From Vicugna vicugna (taxonomy: Eukaryota): DNA of 64,000 bases. Location: positions 4,820,066 to 4,884,065 of the forward strand of contig MU058221.1 in NCBI GenBank assembly GCA_013265495.1, given 5' to 3'. The notes under the pieces are model-generated. The model had not been told where the DNA came from. It did no database searches and saw nothing but the letters and a program-made list of their open reading frames with translations. Both the position numbers and the translations under genes were made by a program. Below are positions 48,268 through 63,059 of this stretch, in pieces. The first letter of the stretch is position 1. Each line of letters begins with the position of its first letter.

Positions 48268-50519
48268 GGGGAGATTGAGATTAGTGAATATCAGAAGAAA
48301 TAGAAAGAGAAGCAGATGGATCTGATGATAAGGAAGAAAAACAAAAGAAGCAGGAATGAGCGGTATGAAATGCTGATCGATTTCCAAGTCCAGCTCTGTT
48401 GGCAGTAGTGCTTTCTGATGTTTGGGGCTGAGCTCTTCTCCACAAATTCCAGAATGGATACACCAGAGTCACTAAAATCAGCTGGGTTTAGAACACATAC
48501 GTTGTAGGGGTGGGTCGGGTGTTCCTCCCTTCTTATGGTTCTTATGCAAGGACCCTGCGTGGGCACCCCGTAGGCCTCTGAGCTAGGAGGGACCCTCCAG
48601 CCCACCGTGCGGGGAAGGAACGGAAGCTCGGGGAGACTGCGGGCTTGCCTGAATCAGACGGTCGGTGGAGATGCTCAGCTGCACTCCCGGGGCTTTGTCC
48701 TCCCTGCTACTCAGAGACCCACGGCAGCCCCGGCAGAAAGAAATGCTATGGAAAAAACGCACCTCAAAATATTTCTGTATCAAACTAGAACCCCTGGCCC
48801 AAGATAAATGATTCATAGACATTGATTGAATGTTGACAGCGTGCGTATTTAAACATCAGAATTGGAAAAAACAGCCCTGTAGGCACCTGCTGTGTTCCAG
48901 GGCGCTACACCACACCGTGTACAACTGTCACCACGTCTGTTGGTACAACCTCTGTTTCACGCACGAGGGAGCTGAGACTGAGAGTGAGCACGGGGCGCAG
49001 AGTCGCCTCTCCAGAAGAGGGTAAGGCCATCATTCAGCCACGATGCTGCGATTTCCCTTCTACTGAAAGCGGACAGCCAAATTAATGTGGAACAAAATAC
49101 AAAGAAATGGGGGTACAAGTGAAAAATGAGTCATGAGCAGAATCTCTGCACTCACTCTTTCCAGTGGCATTCCCAGCCCTTTACCAAGAGGCGCTTTTAA
49201 TCACTGCGTCTGCCTGGGGTGGAGTCAGAGCCTTCATGACTGGTGTCTTTATAGTGTCAGCGAAGGTGTTCACTGCGGTCTTAATCTTTCTTTGCTTTTC
49301 TGTGCTCTGCAGCTTCATGTCATCTGTTTTTTCTCCCCCTTCAGTTTCCCTTGGGCTTTCTTCTGACATCTTGAGGTGGTAAACTTGGTTCCTTAGGGAC
49401 CACAATATGTCGTGTTGTGGGGTGCATCTGTTGACTTGATTTTTTGCCTCCTTCCCACCCCTGACCAGCCCCACTTTCTTACACATGTGTGAATGTTACT
49501 TTGTATGTAAATTGGATACAGTCATTGCTTGTGAATCACATCATCTATTTAAGCGTTTCCAGGCGGGGTGCATAGAGGAGAGGTGTAGCAGGAGTCTTAG
49601 AGATGTGTCAGGTGAAAACGCTTTATACTTCTTCTTTACAGTGTAAGACTTTCTATGGATAAAATGCTTGTCAAGGAGAGAGACACTGGTGTGAAGCTTT
49701 GAGTGGGAAAGAGATGTTCCCAGGAGTGCTCCCAGGCCCTCCTAGGGAGAGTTAACGCAGGAAGGGGGTGGGATGGTGAGAGAGTCTGGAGTTGGGGAGA
49801 GCCCCTTAGTAAGCTGGTCCTTTGACCTTGTACCAAAAGGAAGGAGCGAGGAATGTGTGGAAAGGAGCCTGAGGCTTGAGGGATAGAGGAGCATCCTCCA
49901 CTGACCAGCAGGATAAGTGGCGACGGGGTCTGGGACTGGGGTTTGACCACAGTCGGCCAGGCCTTGGACCCCAGCCTGGCCATGGTCTGGCTCCGTGCCC
50001 CTGTGCCCCACGGTCCTCTTAGGCAAACTGAGGGTAGTGGTTGTGTTTGAGGGTCACTGAATTAACATTTTGGCTGAATGGACTGTGTTTTAAAACCAGG
50101 ATTTGTCCAAGGCTAAAACTAAATATCGCCATCATAGAATGAGTCTCTGGGATGTAAAAAGAAACGGGAAATGTCATCAAAATAATTTACAAGATAACTT
50201 GATTAAGATGTTTAGTGGCCAAAATTTTTAACTAGTATTTTAGTAAGTGGATATTTTCTTGTAATATTTAAAAATATTTTACAGGAAATGATTAAATGAT
50301 ACAGTCAGGGGAGAATCAGAAAATCTTAAACACAATTAGTACATCAGCCTCTGTACGTAGTGCAGGTTTTTTAAATGTACATGGTTATCAGTTCCCATTA
50401 TGAGGACTTACGTATCACTTTAAAAGAATGACCAGTTTGTGTGAGTTCTTAATCAAATAGCTTAATCAAACAGAATGACATACATACAACTTATTCACAT
50501 ATATATATAGTTAGATGTA

Positions 50520-52700
50520 TTTTGGGATAATTTTTTTATTTTGAGATAATTTCAGACACAGAAAAAAAGGAGCAAATAAGTACAGAGAATATCCATGTAC
50601 TTTTCCTCCAACTGTTAACATTTATTACATTTTCTAAATCTTTCTGTAACTTTTTTTCTGAATCATTTGAGAGTCAGTTGCAGACACAGTGCCCCTAGAG
50701 AGCTTCACTCCTAGAGAGCTTCATGCGTACATCCTGAAACCAAGGACATTCACCACGATATAATGATGAAAGTCAGGAAATTAGCAGAGAGACAGTCCTA
50801 CTGTCTCAGCTGTAGACCTTATTCGGATTTTTACTGCTTGTCTTCCTAATGTCCTTTGTAGCAAAAGAAAACATTTAAAAATTTTGGTGGTGTTGGGGGT
50901 GTCCAGGATGGGTCCAGGACTGCGTCTTGTACTTAGTGGCCACATCTCTTTAGTCTCCTTGCGTCTAGAACAGGTTTTTGATCTGTGTCTTTTGTGTTGA
51001 CTTTTGAAGAATACAAGCCATTTATTTTGCAGAAGGTCTTGGAAAATTTTTTTCCTGATGTTTCTTCGAGTAGATTCAGGTTATATATTTTGGGCAAGAA
51101 CACTGTGTAACTGATGTGGTGTCCTTCTCAAAGCGTCTCTTACGAGGGGCTGTCTATTTTTCCACTTTCAGGTGATGTTAATTTTGATCACTTAGTTAAA
51201 ATTTAGTCTCCCCACTTCCTCCAAGAAAGTTACTATTTTTTCCTCTTTGTAATTAATAAGTATCTCATGGGGAGATACTTTGAGACTATGTACAGATTCT
51301 GTTTCTCATCAAACTTTCACCTACTGGTTTAACATCCATTGATGTTTCTTGCCAGAAACACTGTGGTTGTGGCCAAATTGGTGGTCAGATTTTTAAAGTT
51401 TGACATTGTAACACAGAAACAGTAATTTCTCAGCTCTATAATTTGCTAGATTGTTTCTGTTCTTCTTTATAGCATACTTCTGAATACTGAATACAATGAA
51501 GGAACAAGATAATGTTTGGTCCTTTTAAAAAATGGTTTCTTCATAATTTTTATAGTCTTTGTTATGTCTGGGTCAATCATACATCAATGATTTATCAAGA
51601 AATTATGATACATGATTTTGAAATCTTGTGAAATACTGAGGTAACAAAATTGACATTCTGCTCTGCATTCTTTGTAGAATGTCAGGAACTTCCTAATTAA
51701 GATTTTTAGGTTTTTATCTGATGACTCCTGTGGAGTTTCTCACGGTCTGGATTTTTATTTAATGCAACCCCTTGATATCTTTAAACATGTTTTTTCTGTC
51801 CCCCCGCAGTTCTCGAAAATTGTTAGCTGGATTTAGATTCTTGATCAAGCTTCAAGGTTCATCTCTCTCTTGCTCCTTTTTAAATTTATTTTTGCAAGAC
51901 TCTTTCATAGATGTTGTCCTTACATCGTGAGACACTTAAGGTCTGGTGTTTCTCTGTGTGGTATTAACAATCCCTGGTGATGCTGACCCACATCCAGAAA
52001 TGGCAAGAGTCTGTTGTATCATCGCTTCTCCATTTGTCAGCCGTGATTCTTTTTAAAAAGAGAAACTGCCCCTCATCATCTATTAGTTACCTTAGATCAG
52101 CGGTCAGCAGAGTAAGGCCCACAGACTAAATCCAAGCCAGCGTTTGTGTTTTCTTGTCATGACTGTTGTATTAGAACACAGCCATGCCCTCTCATTGCGT
52201 ACTGCCTGGGATCGCTTTTGCATTGCAGGGGCTGTGTCGAGCCGTTGTTAGTGAGGCCCTAAGTGGCTCAGAGCTGAAAAGATCTGGCCCTTTACAGAAA
52301 AAGCTTGCTGACCCCTGCTCTCGATCCTATGGAAAAGGCGGTTTAAATGTTTGATTCCCTCCCCAGTTTTTGATTGGTTTCCTGTTACCCTGCAAAGGTG
52401 ACCAATGAAGTTACTTTTTTCAAATACCATTACAAACTCACAAACTTAAACCTATTTGATGTAGTTCGATCGATCTGCAGTTATCCCTATTGAAACTCAT
52501 GTTGCCTCATCTTTAGCCAGTGGGAGCCCCTTCAGGTTGGCTTTTTGTGTGCACGATCCTAGTGGTCTTTGATGCTGCCCTGATTACCGGAGTGGCAGGA
52601 TATTCCAAGGTCGTCCAGGAGCATTTCCTGCCCCACACCTGGAGCCAGCCACTTCCAGGAGCTCTGATTCCTTCCAGTGAAACATGTTATTTAGATTCGC
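50520..52700 (-). mobile_element. Ancient L1 3'-region fragments (L1MC/MD-like)
   Basis: ttttgagataatttcagac, catttgagagtcagttgcagac, ggtgatgttaattttgatcacttagttaa, gggagatactttgagactatg. Confidence 0.65.
52098..52317. mobile_element. hAT-Charlie MITE (MER58A-like)
   Basis: Imperfect terminal inverted repeats cagcggtcagca / tgctgacccctg; internal gaacacagccatgccc..ctggccctttacagaaaaag. Confidence 0.75.
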
Positions 52701-55700
52701 ATCTGAGGGTGCGTATACATAGCTCCTAAAGGTTATTCTGTTTAATGTTATGAGCATACCAAGCAATCCATGTAATTTATAGGTAGACTGTGGGATGCCT
52801 ATTGTAATTTTAAAACATTTAATCACTGTTTTGTTTTAAAAGTATGTAATGTTCTCTATTTATAATGTACTCTTAATATTAATGATGTTAATTAAGCCTC
52901 CTATTTATTTAGTAATTGTAGTTGAACATTAGAATTGTTTTCTATGAAATGAACACTTTTCATGCTCATATTTTATTTTTTCAATAAAATATCTGTATAT
53001 ACTTCTGCCAACTGTTAGCATTTCAACGGATAAAGTTCATAAGGAGATTTTTGCTCAAATTACATGTGGAATGCTTCCCTGTGTTTGAAAGGGCATGTTC
53101 AGATAATGACAGTGAATCCAGACCTGCTTCATTTCCTTATTTCCCAACGTTGTGACACTAATTATGTACGTTGGTCACCTCTGTGACCACGTGGTCACCC
53201 GTCAGGCAGAAGTTCAGACCTTCTGAAGATTGAAGTCAAAGCTGAACAACAGATTTCCGTTGAATGCTGAGGCCGAGGCCATATTTGGATATATTCCTAG
53301 GAGCTCCCTCATAGTTGCAAAGATGAAATAAAATTGTACAGGAGCACGTGGGACACCGCCTGGGGCACAGGAAGGGCTTGGTTAAGGTAAACCGTTATCA
53401 GCTTTGCAGGTCCTAGGTGTTCAGGCCTCTCTTGCCCGTTTGAAATTTAGGCTCTCCCTTGTGCCCTTCCCTGGGTGCACAGCTCAGTTTGGGATTGCTA
53501 GCTTTCTAGAATGCACGTCCTTAGTGACTCGTATTTCCCGTTTGATCGCCGTCGCCCCAGCACAGTGCCTTGTTCACAAAATCTGGACTGGATGAGTATT
53601 TGTTTATTTGCATTTCCCTCTTTTTAATGTATCCTGTATAACCAATAGCAAAGAGTCTGTCTTCCTTCTGGACCTTTTTAGTCTAACAAGGGAAATCATC
53701 ATTCACTTCTGAGCACTTTCGGGGTATAATCTCTTGTAAGTTGATTATCGGTGGTTGATCATTTTTATTTTACTTTTTATGAAGGTTTTCTCAATTCATC
53801 CCAGTATGGAGGCTTACATTCTTTTAAAAACAAAGCAGATGTCTGTGCTGGAGACAAGAGTGCCTACTGGCGTGTAGCGATGGACTTCCCCTCGTCTGTG
53901 ATGCCGTGAGTGTGTTAGCAGTTGTGGAAGCCATATGTTTTTACAGGCCTTTGCCAAGGAAAATACTTCAGAATTACATTAGCAACTCCGACGTCTTTTG
54001 GCTGTTCTGAGAGGCACGTGATAGTTTCCCAATTATACGAACAAGAGCTTTTGTTTTGTGCTGAAGTTTCTTATAGACTCTGGGAACAGCAGCGCCTCCA
54101 TCAGCGTTTCTCAGGGTGACATCCTTGGGATGTTAGCAGGCAGTCCTGTTGCTTCATTCCTGCAGGACTTCCGGCGCCTCGAACATGCCAGCGGGCACCA
54201 GGAGTCTCTTAGAGGGGAGTGCGTTATGCAGGATTCCTCGGGCTTGTCTGACCAAGGCTTTCCTTGTGTTTGGAATACTAGCCTCCACCCTGTGTCCCCC
54301 ACCCTGCGTGTAAGTCTCACCTCATACTCCCTGGCTCCCAGCCTTAGATGTGGTCCCTGCGGCAGACGCTCAGCTCGCTATACATGAGGACATTTCTCTG
54401 CTGGTAAATATGTGGCTTAACCGTGGTCTGATACACGTTTGTCTTCTCTGGATCCTAAACTCACTGAAGAAGACAGGGTGCGGGTCCGGCGGGTCTGATC
54501 TGTTCCCTGTGGGCTTCTCGGCACCTGGCGTTCAGAAGTCCCTCCGTGAATGTTTGCTGGGTGAGTGGAGGTGCTGTAGACCCGTTCATTTCCAAGTAGC
54601 AGCTCATGGGACTAGTGCTCTGCCAAACCCACTTTGGGAACCAGAGCTTGGTCTTCATTTTTGAATAACTGGAATTCTGTAGACCATCATAATACTACTC
54701 AACGTACTCTGTACATCCAAGCATCTGTCAATATGTTTAAAGATGAGGCTAAGTGCTTGTAATAACTCGTCTCAGTGGTGCATAGTGAATAATCAGCCAG
54801 GATCAGGACCTTCATTTCTTGATACCTGTCCCTGGGCATTGCCCACAGGCCTCCTGCAGCCCGCTCTAATGATGTTAGTTACATAAATGGGAGCTGGTGT
54901 TCAGACTGTCAGGGGAGGGAGAAATCAGATGCCCCTTTGTGTGCTCATTAACGCAGGCAGAACAAAAGGCCCAGCTTGGTTTTCAAGTTCAAGTTTGGCT
55001 CACATGTGGTCCTCAGTGAAGATTATGATCTTGGGTAAATTAGAAACAAATGTTAAAGAAGTCGGAATGAGGTAGAAAGGGAGTTCAGGGTTCTTATTTT
55101 TAAACACTGGGGTAAACAGACCTCTTTAAAGCAGACATTCGTCTCCCCTCTTCCACGTTACCTCTGCACCCTCTGCTAATTTACTTTAATTAACAAGATG
55201 GGTAGGTGTGTACACGTGGTCTCACGTCAGTGTACCCAAGCTTTGTTCACCGAGACCCTCGCTCTTCTGAACTGGGAAGAGAGAAGTTTGGTCAAATCCG
55301 CTGTTGCATCGAGTGAAAACAGAATTGCACCTTTGGCAAAACGGCCCCTTTTGCGTGACACCCAAGGGCCTGCTGCCCCAGGCGGCTTCCTTTTCCTCAA
55401 GCAAGCGTGTTCAGGGCCAGGGAGCGGGGAGGGAGCACACAGGGTCCCCCTGTGCTCCTGTCCCTGGGCCGAGCTCCCGGGCACGTTCCCCACTAGCACC
55501 AGGGAGCCCCGGGGCCCGGCAAGCTTCCGCACTAAATGGGACTCTGTATGTCGGAGCCAAATGAAGTCTGCGGGCAGTCTCTATGAGCATAGTAACTGTT
55601 TTACAGATGCAAAGAAGCTCCAGCGTACTGTGTATGTTTGTAGTCTCAGCCCCTGTAAAGTTTCCACGAGCACATGGCAAGGGCTCTGTACGGGGAAGTT

Positions 55701-55789
55701 GTGTTCCTCTGTTCTCACACTGCCCACCACTTCACGCTGTCAAAATGTGCGTCATTATTGTGTGTGTGTGTACATGACTAATTCTCCAC

Positions 55790-55995
55790 TGGGGGCAATT
55801 TTACCCCTTGCGGACATTTGGCAATGCGGGGAGACATTTTTGGTTGTTACGACTGGGGAGGGGAGGGACACTATTAGCATCTAGTGGTTAGAAGCCAGGG
55901 GTGCTGCTAAGCATCTTAAAAAGCACGGGATAGTCCCTCACAACAAAATATTATCTTGCCCCTAAGATTCATAGTGCAGAGGTTGAGAAACCCTG
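55790..55995. mobile_element. hAT-Charlie MITE (MER20-like)
   Basis: gggggcaattttacccc..ggacatttggcaatg..gagacatttttggttgt..gcatctagtgg..gaggttgagaaaccctg. Confidence 0.8.
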
Positions 55996-58900
55996 GTGCG
56001 CAGACACACATATTATATCATACATGAATAAAGCCACGTGCATGTGTGTATATGCATGTATACATAAAAGAATATATATTGCACATACACATATATATGT
56101 GACTGTATGTTTATATACATAATATACAGACATACTTTTTTTTAAAGAAGGGACATTAGACAGACAGACAAATATGACATCGGCCCAGAGGCGCTGTCAC
56201 TCTGTCCCCAGGCCCCCAGGAGCTGACCAGTGAACGGACTGCGTTCTGCTGCCTTGTCCCCTCTGGCAAGGGTGCTTGAGAACCGGGGCAGTCCATTCCC
56301 CTCTGACGGGGACCACTGTCCTTCTGGCTTTGGTGTCCATCTGCAGACACCGTGGGAAGCACAGGCCCGCCCAGAGCTCCGGGGTCTGTTGCAGCACTTT
56401 CCGATGTGTTTTGTTGCGGGACGATACGAACCTGTTTAAAAATAATGTCTGCCCAAGCCCGCTGCTGGGAGAGGTTGGGGGACGGAGAGGAAGCCCACGT
56501 TGCAAGACCTGAGAAAAATGATCATGTCTGAATTGCCACAATCACTGTAGGTTAGGCTAGAATAGTTTGAGGAGATGATAAAATTTCCTGTCTCCTTTTG
56601 GGGAAAAAAAAGTTCTGGAGTTTTCTGCTCTCCCCGTATCTTTCACTCTGCTATAGTAAAATGTCACTAGGCCTCTCTAAGTGGGCAATTGAGCAGAGCA
56701 GCGCGGTAACTTCTCTCTCAGTCAGGCCTGCGGTGAGGCCTGGTTCCTTGGAGAGGGTCCAAAACCAAGTATCACCTGCCGCAGAGCCTCCTGGCACCGG
56801 AACCCCCACCACGCCTTTCTGTCTGTCCTCAGAAGGCTGTTCCCCACCCCGATCTCCGTTATTGAAGGGCCGCGCATTCAGATCTGACTGTGCCTCCGTC
56901 TCGGGTACACATTGTCTTCCCTCGGGCGAGTCCCTGTCTCCGGCTTGGCTGTGAGTATGTGGACGCGCACTCGGGCTTCGTGGTGGAGGAGGCCTTTGCA
57001 GCGCCCTGGAAGGTGGGGTTCAGCCTTGTATAAGTAAACAATGGCAGGCCCTCGCTTCAGGAAGAGGGGATTCCTGGAACGAGAGAGAGACTGGTGCTCA
57101 AGACCAAAAACTTCCTGGTGTTTCCGCAGCCTCTGCCCCTTCTCCCAGCCTCGCGGTCCTTCCGAAAGGCCGGCGGGCATCCTGGGAGTCAGTTCGCCTC
57201 CCAGAGCAGCTCTGACTCCCCCAGCTCTTGGACCAACCACTGACCCTCAGGACCACGGTCTGTGCCCCTTTTGTGGTCCAGAGACACTCCTGGCCCCTCA
57301 TAAGACTGAGCCTGCAGCTTCTCAGGGTTTCCCAGGAAGCAGCTGGGCAGACGCCCACCTGCCTGCTTGGGCATTTCCGCCCTCCTTCTGCGGCGGTCAC
57401 TGTCTGCAGGCCGAGTGATGCCCTCTGCGGAAAGCTCCAAAAAGGGCACGGTTAGCTGCCTGCAATTTGGAGATCCTGCGGGGTGTGAAGGGAGGTAGGT
57501 TTGGATGTTCCAACTGCTTTCCATATCAGGGCCTGGCCTCTGACTGGTTTGGGAGAAGGCCCTTTGACATCAGAGATGGGAGCAGCCCTGAAGGAATTAA
57601 AGGTCTTATTCAGGCCTTCTTGGCCCAAGGCCCATGGAAGCCTGGATGAAGGGGATGCTTAGGGAGAAGTGGGACATCTGGCTCTTCTCCAAGGCCGCTC
57701 ACAGCAGGCCTGGGCCTGGACCGAGCGTCCCGCTGGCTGTGCTGCCTGGCAGCCGCCTCCTGCGCCCTCTCCCCCTGCCAGTTTCCTTCTGCCCTTCATA
57801 GTCCTTCTTTGCTTACTTTTTCCATCTGTGCAAGTGGCCAGCTTCCTCCCAGAGCATCTCTTGTTTCCCTGGTGTCTGGGTTCACCCCTCCCTGGGCGCG
57901 CTGAGTGTTGGTCACTCGGTTTCTGCGTTTCGGAGCCCGCCAACCCGAGCAGAGCTTTGCTGAGTAATCTCCAGCCAACACTTTTCTCCATCTGCCTGAA
58001 GACTGTGTTGTTCTGTATTTTCTTTTCAAATTAAAAAAAAAATTATGCATTTTAACACACAGAGACTTGTGTAATTCCACCATTACAGTTCCTAAAAACT
58101 CCTTGTGTTTGACCCCTTTGTAGCCATGCTCTCCCACCCACCTCTTTCCCCAGCCACCCCTGACCCCCAACACACTCCCCAGAGATTTGTTGTCCACATT
58201 AACCACAGCTTCCCATAAATTTCACGGATACCTACTGGTATAAATAAAAGCATGAAAACGAAGTCCACTCTTATAAAAGCCTTCCATGTTCCTTGGCACC
58301 TCATTGTGACTGCTGAGCCCTGACTCCCACCTGGGCGCTCCCCCCCCCAATACGGGCAAGTCAGTGTTAACCCAGCATTCTTCCTCCGCACCCTCAGCTG
58401 TGTCTGCACGTCAGCATTTTTTATCTATTGCATCCCTGTCTTTCTGCTCATCGTAAAAAATGCTTCTCGTAGCCCAGTGCTTCAAAATTATGTGTTAGAG
58501 GAAGAAGCAGATGAAGTCTAAGTTTAAAGGAATGCTGTCTGTAACAATAACCCTAAGCTGGAAATTGCCCGAGGGAGAAAGACGAGTTGGAAAAAAAGTG
58601 CACGGGAGACTCTTAACAGTGGATTTAAGCCCATCTTTTATTTTTGAAGTCTTGGTACATCTTTTTTTTTTGAAAAAAAAAAGTTAAGGGGCTTAATTTT
58701 ATTCCAGAAGATCATTTGCAAATCATTTGTAGCAAGAACCCACAAATCACTCTTGTTTAATTGGAGTAAGGCAGGGCGTGGTTATCGAGGTCTGTCTGGG
58801 CTCCCCAAACTGGTGTGGGAGAATTAGGGCCACAGACGTGTTCCATCAGCTCACAGACGGCTGAATGCCCTTCCTGGGCTGGCTTTGGGGAGCTTGCCAG

Positions 58901-59982
58901 TATCCTTCTAGCTAAGGATTTACCCACCACCTTGTCCTCAGAAAAAACATCTCTTTCCTCTGCCCGTGTGCTCCTGAGTACTGTGACAGCCTTGACTCAC
59001 AGAGAGATTTTTCTCATTTAATGAAGTGTTAACTCCAGAGTCTCCAGGATAAGTTGCAGTTGCCAAATTTCCTGGTAAATGTTTAGATTCTCTGCTGGTT
59101 TGGAGGCGTGAACGAGCTCTTAGAATAAATTAAAAAATCTATAAAATGTGATTTGGGTACTTGGTTTTGGGTGCCAGGACTCACAGTGAGAAAGGAACAG
59201 AGGGAAGTCTGAAGACTGGTTCTCTTTAAGGTGGGTCCTGAGCTGTGCGCGGGGGGAGGTGTGCCCGGGTGGATGGGGCTGGTTCCCTGAGCTCCGGCCT
59301 CTCGCTTCGGCCCAGGGCTTGCCCCCTTGCCTTCTGGGATCGGATGATTGGCTTCCGGGGGAGGGAAGGACTCTGTGTGCAGAGAATGAATGCACCCCTG
59401 TTGTGGCTGTCTTTTGTGGGGAGCCAGGGTAACACGTCAGGCACAGGGGACATACAGGTCCCACTTATACCTTGTGCAGATCCAGTCTATGTGAAAAGGT
59501 GAGAATGATTTCCCGCGCTGTGGGCTGAGGGTGTGTGGTGATTAACTCAGTGGGGGAGCTGCACTCTGGGGCAGCCCCTTGGGCAGATTTGGTGCCAGGA
59601 CCCTGGCCTGAGAGCAGGGGTCAGAGCTGGAGGGGGATTGGGCCTGGGCGAGTCCTTACAGGGAAAACTCAGGCCACTGGTGGTCAGTCTTCCAGGGAGG
59701 GAGCCAGGAGAGCAGTCCCACATGGGAGACGGAGGTCGAGCTAGGCAGGCCCAGCAGGCCAGGCCAGTGGTGGGCCACAGCCTGGGGGACTATCCTCAGA
59801 GACAAGTTTGGAGATCAAAGCCACGAGTGCCCAAAAGGTGGAGAATTAGTGACCCATCAGAGTTCTCTGGAGCCCGTGTTTTTTGGAAAGTCCGTATGCC
59901 TGACCCCTGTGCCCAGAATTTCTAGGCTATGGAGCCCCAGACATGTATTTACTTAAAGCTGCCTTTTAAAAGGTGGTACATA

Positions 59983-61869
59983 ACCCACAGCTAACCTACT
60001 CAATGGTGAACAGCTGAAAGCATTCTCTCTGAGACCAGGAACAAGACAAGGATGCCCACTCTCACCACTTTTATTCAACATAGTTTTGGAAGTCCTAGTC
60101 ACAGCAGTCAGAGAAGAAAAAGAAATAAAAGGAATCCAAATTGGAAAAGAAGAAATAAATCTGTCACTGTTTGCAGACATGATACTGTACATAGAAAATC
60201 TTAAAGACACTACCAGGAAACCATAGAGCTCATCAGGGAATTCAGTAAAGTCACGGGATACAAAATTAATATAGAGAAACCTGTTGCATTTCTGTACACT
60301 GACAGTGAAGTACCAGAGAAAAAAAATCAGGAAGCAATCCCATTTGCTATTGCATCAAAAAGACTAAAATACCTTGGAATAAACCTGCCTATGGAGGCAA
60401 AAGACCTGTTTTCCAAAAACTACTGTATGAAAGAGATGGAAAACCACACAAACAGAAAGATATACGATGTTCTTGGGTTGGAAGAATCAATATTGTTCAA
60501 ATGACCATACTACTCAAGGCAGTATATAGATTCAATGCAATTCCTATCAAATTACCAATGGCGTTTTTCACAGAACTGCAACAGAAAGTGTTAAAATCAC
60601 ATGGAAACACAAAAGACCGTGAATAGTCAAAACACTCTTGAGAAAGAAGAACGGAGCTGGGGAAGTCATGCTCCCTGACTTCAGGCTCAACTACAGAGCT
60701 GCAGTAATCAGAACAGTCTGGTACTGGTACAAAACAGACACATAATGCAGTGGAACAGGGAAGGAAGCCTAGAAATAAACCCACGCACTTAGGGTCAGTT
60801 AATCTACAACAATGGAGACAAGAATATACAATGAAGAAAATACAGTCTCTTCAGTAAATGTTGCTGGGAAAACTGGACAGCTACCTGTAAAAGACTGAAA
60901 TTAGAACATTCTCTAACACCATCTACAAAAATAAACTCATTTTATCAAGTCATATTAAAGACCTAAATGCAAGACCAGATACTCTAAAACTCCTAGAGGA
61001 AAACATAGAACACTCTTTGGCATAAGTTGCAGAAATATTTTTTTGGATCTGTCTCTTAGAGTAATGGAAACAAAAGCAAAAATAAACAAATGGAACGTAA
61101 TTAAACTTGAAAGCTTTTGTAGAGCAAAGGAAACCATAAACAGAACAAAACGACAACCTACAAAATGGGGGGAAATGTTTGCAAACAATGCATCCGACAG
61201 GGGCTTAATTTCCAAAATATACAGTTTATATAGCTCAATGTGAAAAAAAACACAAAGAACCTAATCAAAAAACAAGCAGAAGACCTAAATAGACACTTCT
61301 CCAAGAAGACATATAGATGGCCAACAGGCACATGAAAAGATGCTCAACATCACTAATTATTAGAGAAACGCAAATCAAAAGTACAGTGAGGTACCACATC
61401 ATACCAATCAGTCAGAATGGCTGTCATCAAAAGTCTACGAATAATAAATGCTGGAGAGTATGTGGGGAAAACAGAGCCCTCCTACACTGTTGGTGGGAAT
61501 GTAAATTGGTGCAGCCACTGTGGAGGACAGTATCAAGGTTCCTTAAAAAACTAAAAAGAGTTAACATATGAGCCAGCAGTCCCACTCCTGGGCAAAGAAG
61601 AAAACTCTAATTTGAAAAGATTAGATAAAGTGGGAATTTGGGATTAACAGATACACATTACTTATATAAAATAGATAAACAACAAGGACCTACTGTATGG
61701 CACAGGGAGTGATATTCGATATCCTGTAATAACCTATAATGGAAAAGAATCTGAAAAAGAATGTATATATGTACAACTGAATCACTTTGCTGTGCACCTG
61801 AATCATTGTAAATCAGCTGTACTTCGATTATTTTTTTAAGCCCCCCAAAATTTAAAATAATATGAACAA
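59983..61869 (+). mobile_element. 5'-truncated L1 (ORF2 RT to 3' tail), degenerate, sense to TCF7L1
   Basis: [33 protein letters not shown] (RT), [29 protein letters not shown]; frameshifts; apparent internal deletion near 61620; TSD aaaaggtggtacata (59968-59982) / agaagttggtgcata (61870-61884). Confidence 0.93.
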
Positions 61870-62627
61870 AGAAGTTGGTGCATAGATCATGGTGAAACCT
61901 CCTGCCTCGGGCAGCAGGGGGGTCTGGGCGCTGCTCTGTGGATGCAGACAGAAGCCAGGCCCAGGTGGACAGTGAGAACAACAAAATGGGGCAGTGCCTC
62001 ACCCAACCCAGGTCACCCCATGTCAGATCCCCAATTCACAGAGCAGTGGTCCTCACATTTTCTTGCTCTCTGCGAATGTATCGTCTCCTCTATTTCTAGC
62101 TGAACAAAACCCTTTTAGCCCATCACGGATCAAGCCTCCCCACGCTGTTTTGTCCTCATGGAAGACATTCTTGTTTCTCCTTTAAGATCATCTCTGGAGT
62201 TGCCTTCTGTTGCCTTGGGGTGGTGGCTTGACCCCCTGCTCCCACATGCAGCTCTGCTGTGGTACTCCTGAGCTGTCCACTTGTTTCTGGAGTAAGACTG
62301 GGCTTCTGGAGGTCTAGATACCGGCTTCTGGTTCAGCTTAGAGTTCCTGGCACATAGGAGCTTCATAACCAAAGCTTATTGAGTTGATGTTTCAATGAAA
62401 GGGCAAAAGGCATTTTAAACTCCCTCCCCTCTTTGCCACCATCCGTCAGATGTCCCCAGATCATCAGAATTACTCATCCACTCCTACCCGGTAAAGGTGG
62501 CTGCAGCCTGGACCTGAGAAACCAGCCCCAAGCGGCCCCCAGCACGCTTCTGAGAACCACTAAGATAAACACGGAATGCACTCTCGCCGAATTCTGAGAA
62601 GGAAAAGCCTTCAGAGGTCGCAGGGTC

Positions 62628-62810
62628 CAGAGGCTCTCAACCCCGGCCGCACATTAGAATCATCTGGGGAGCTTTTAGAGAGTGCTCGTGCCCAGCCCCC
62701 ACCCCCAGAGATTTTCATTCAGCTGGTCAGGGGTGGGGCCGAGGCTCGGGTGGAATTTTCTTAAAGCTCCACAGGGGCTTCTAATGTGCAGCCAAGTTTG
62801 TGAACCGCTG
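62628..62810. mobile_element. hAT-Charlie MITE (MER5A-like)
   Basis: cagaggctctcaacc..cacattagaatcatctggggagctttta..ttctaatgtgcagccaagtttgtgaaccgctg; similar copies near 19450-19570 and 20095-20250. Confidence 0.75.
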
Positions 62811-63059
62811 CTTTAGACCAGAGCGCCGTACGGAACATTTGAATGAAGGGTCTAAAAAGAGCTCTGCCTGGCGAGGTGGGGGCCTCCCCAAAAGACCACG
62901 GGCTGGTGGCAGAGTCGCCAACGGTGACCCCTGGATTCTCTAAGCCCCTCCCTCCATTGTCCAGTCCTGTCGTTTCTTGACTGACTTTCCTGTGAGGAAC
63001 CAGAAGCCAACTCTGAACAGCATCTTGTTTCAAACTGAAGAGTGGCACGGAAGGGTGAT

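Noticed and set aside
50694..50723. Tandem duplication of cctagagagcttca with a 16-bp period
   Set aside because: Simple slippage duplication inside an old L1; no sign of function.
55198..55884. 228-aa ATG-initiated ORF in TCF7L1 intron 3
   Set aside because: No recognisable homology and its C-terminus is MER20-like sequence; likely a chance ORF.
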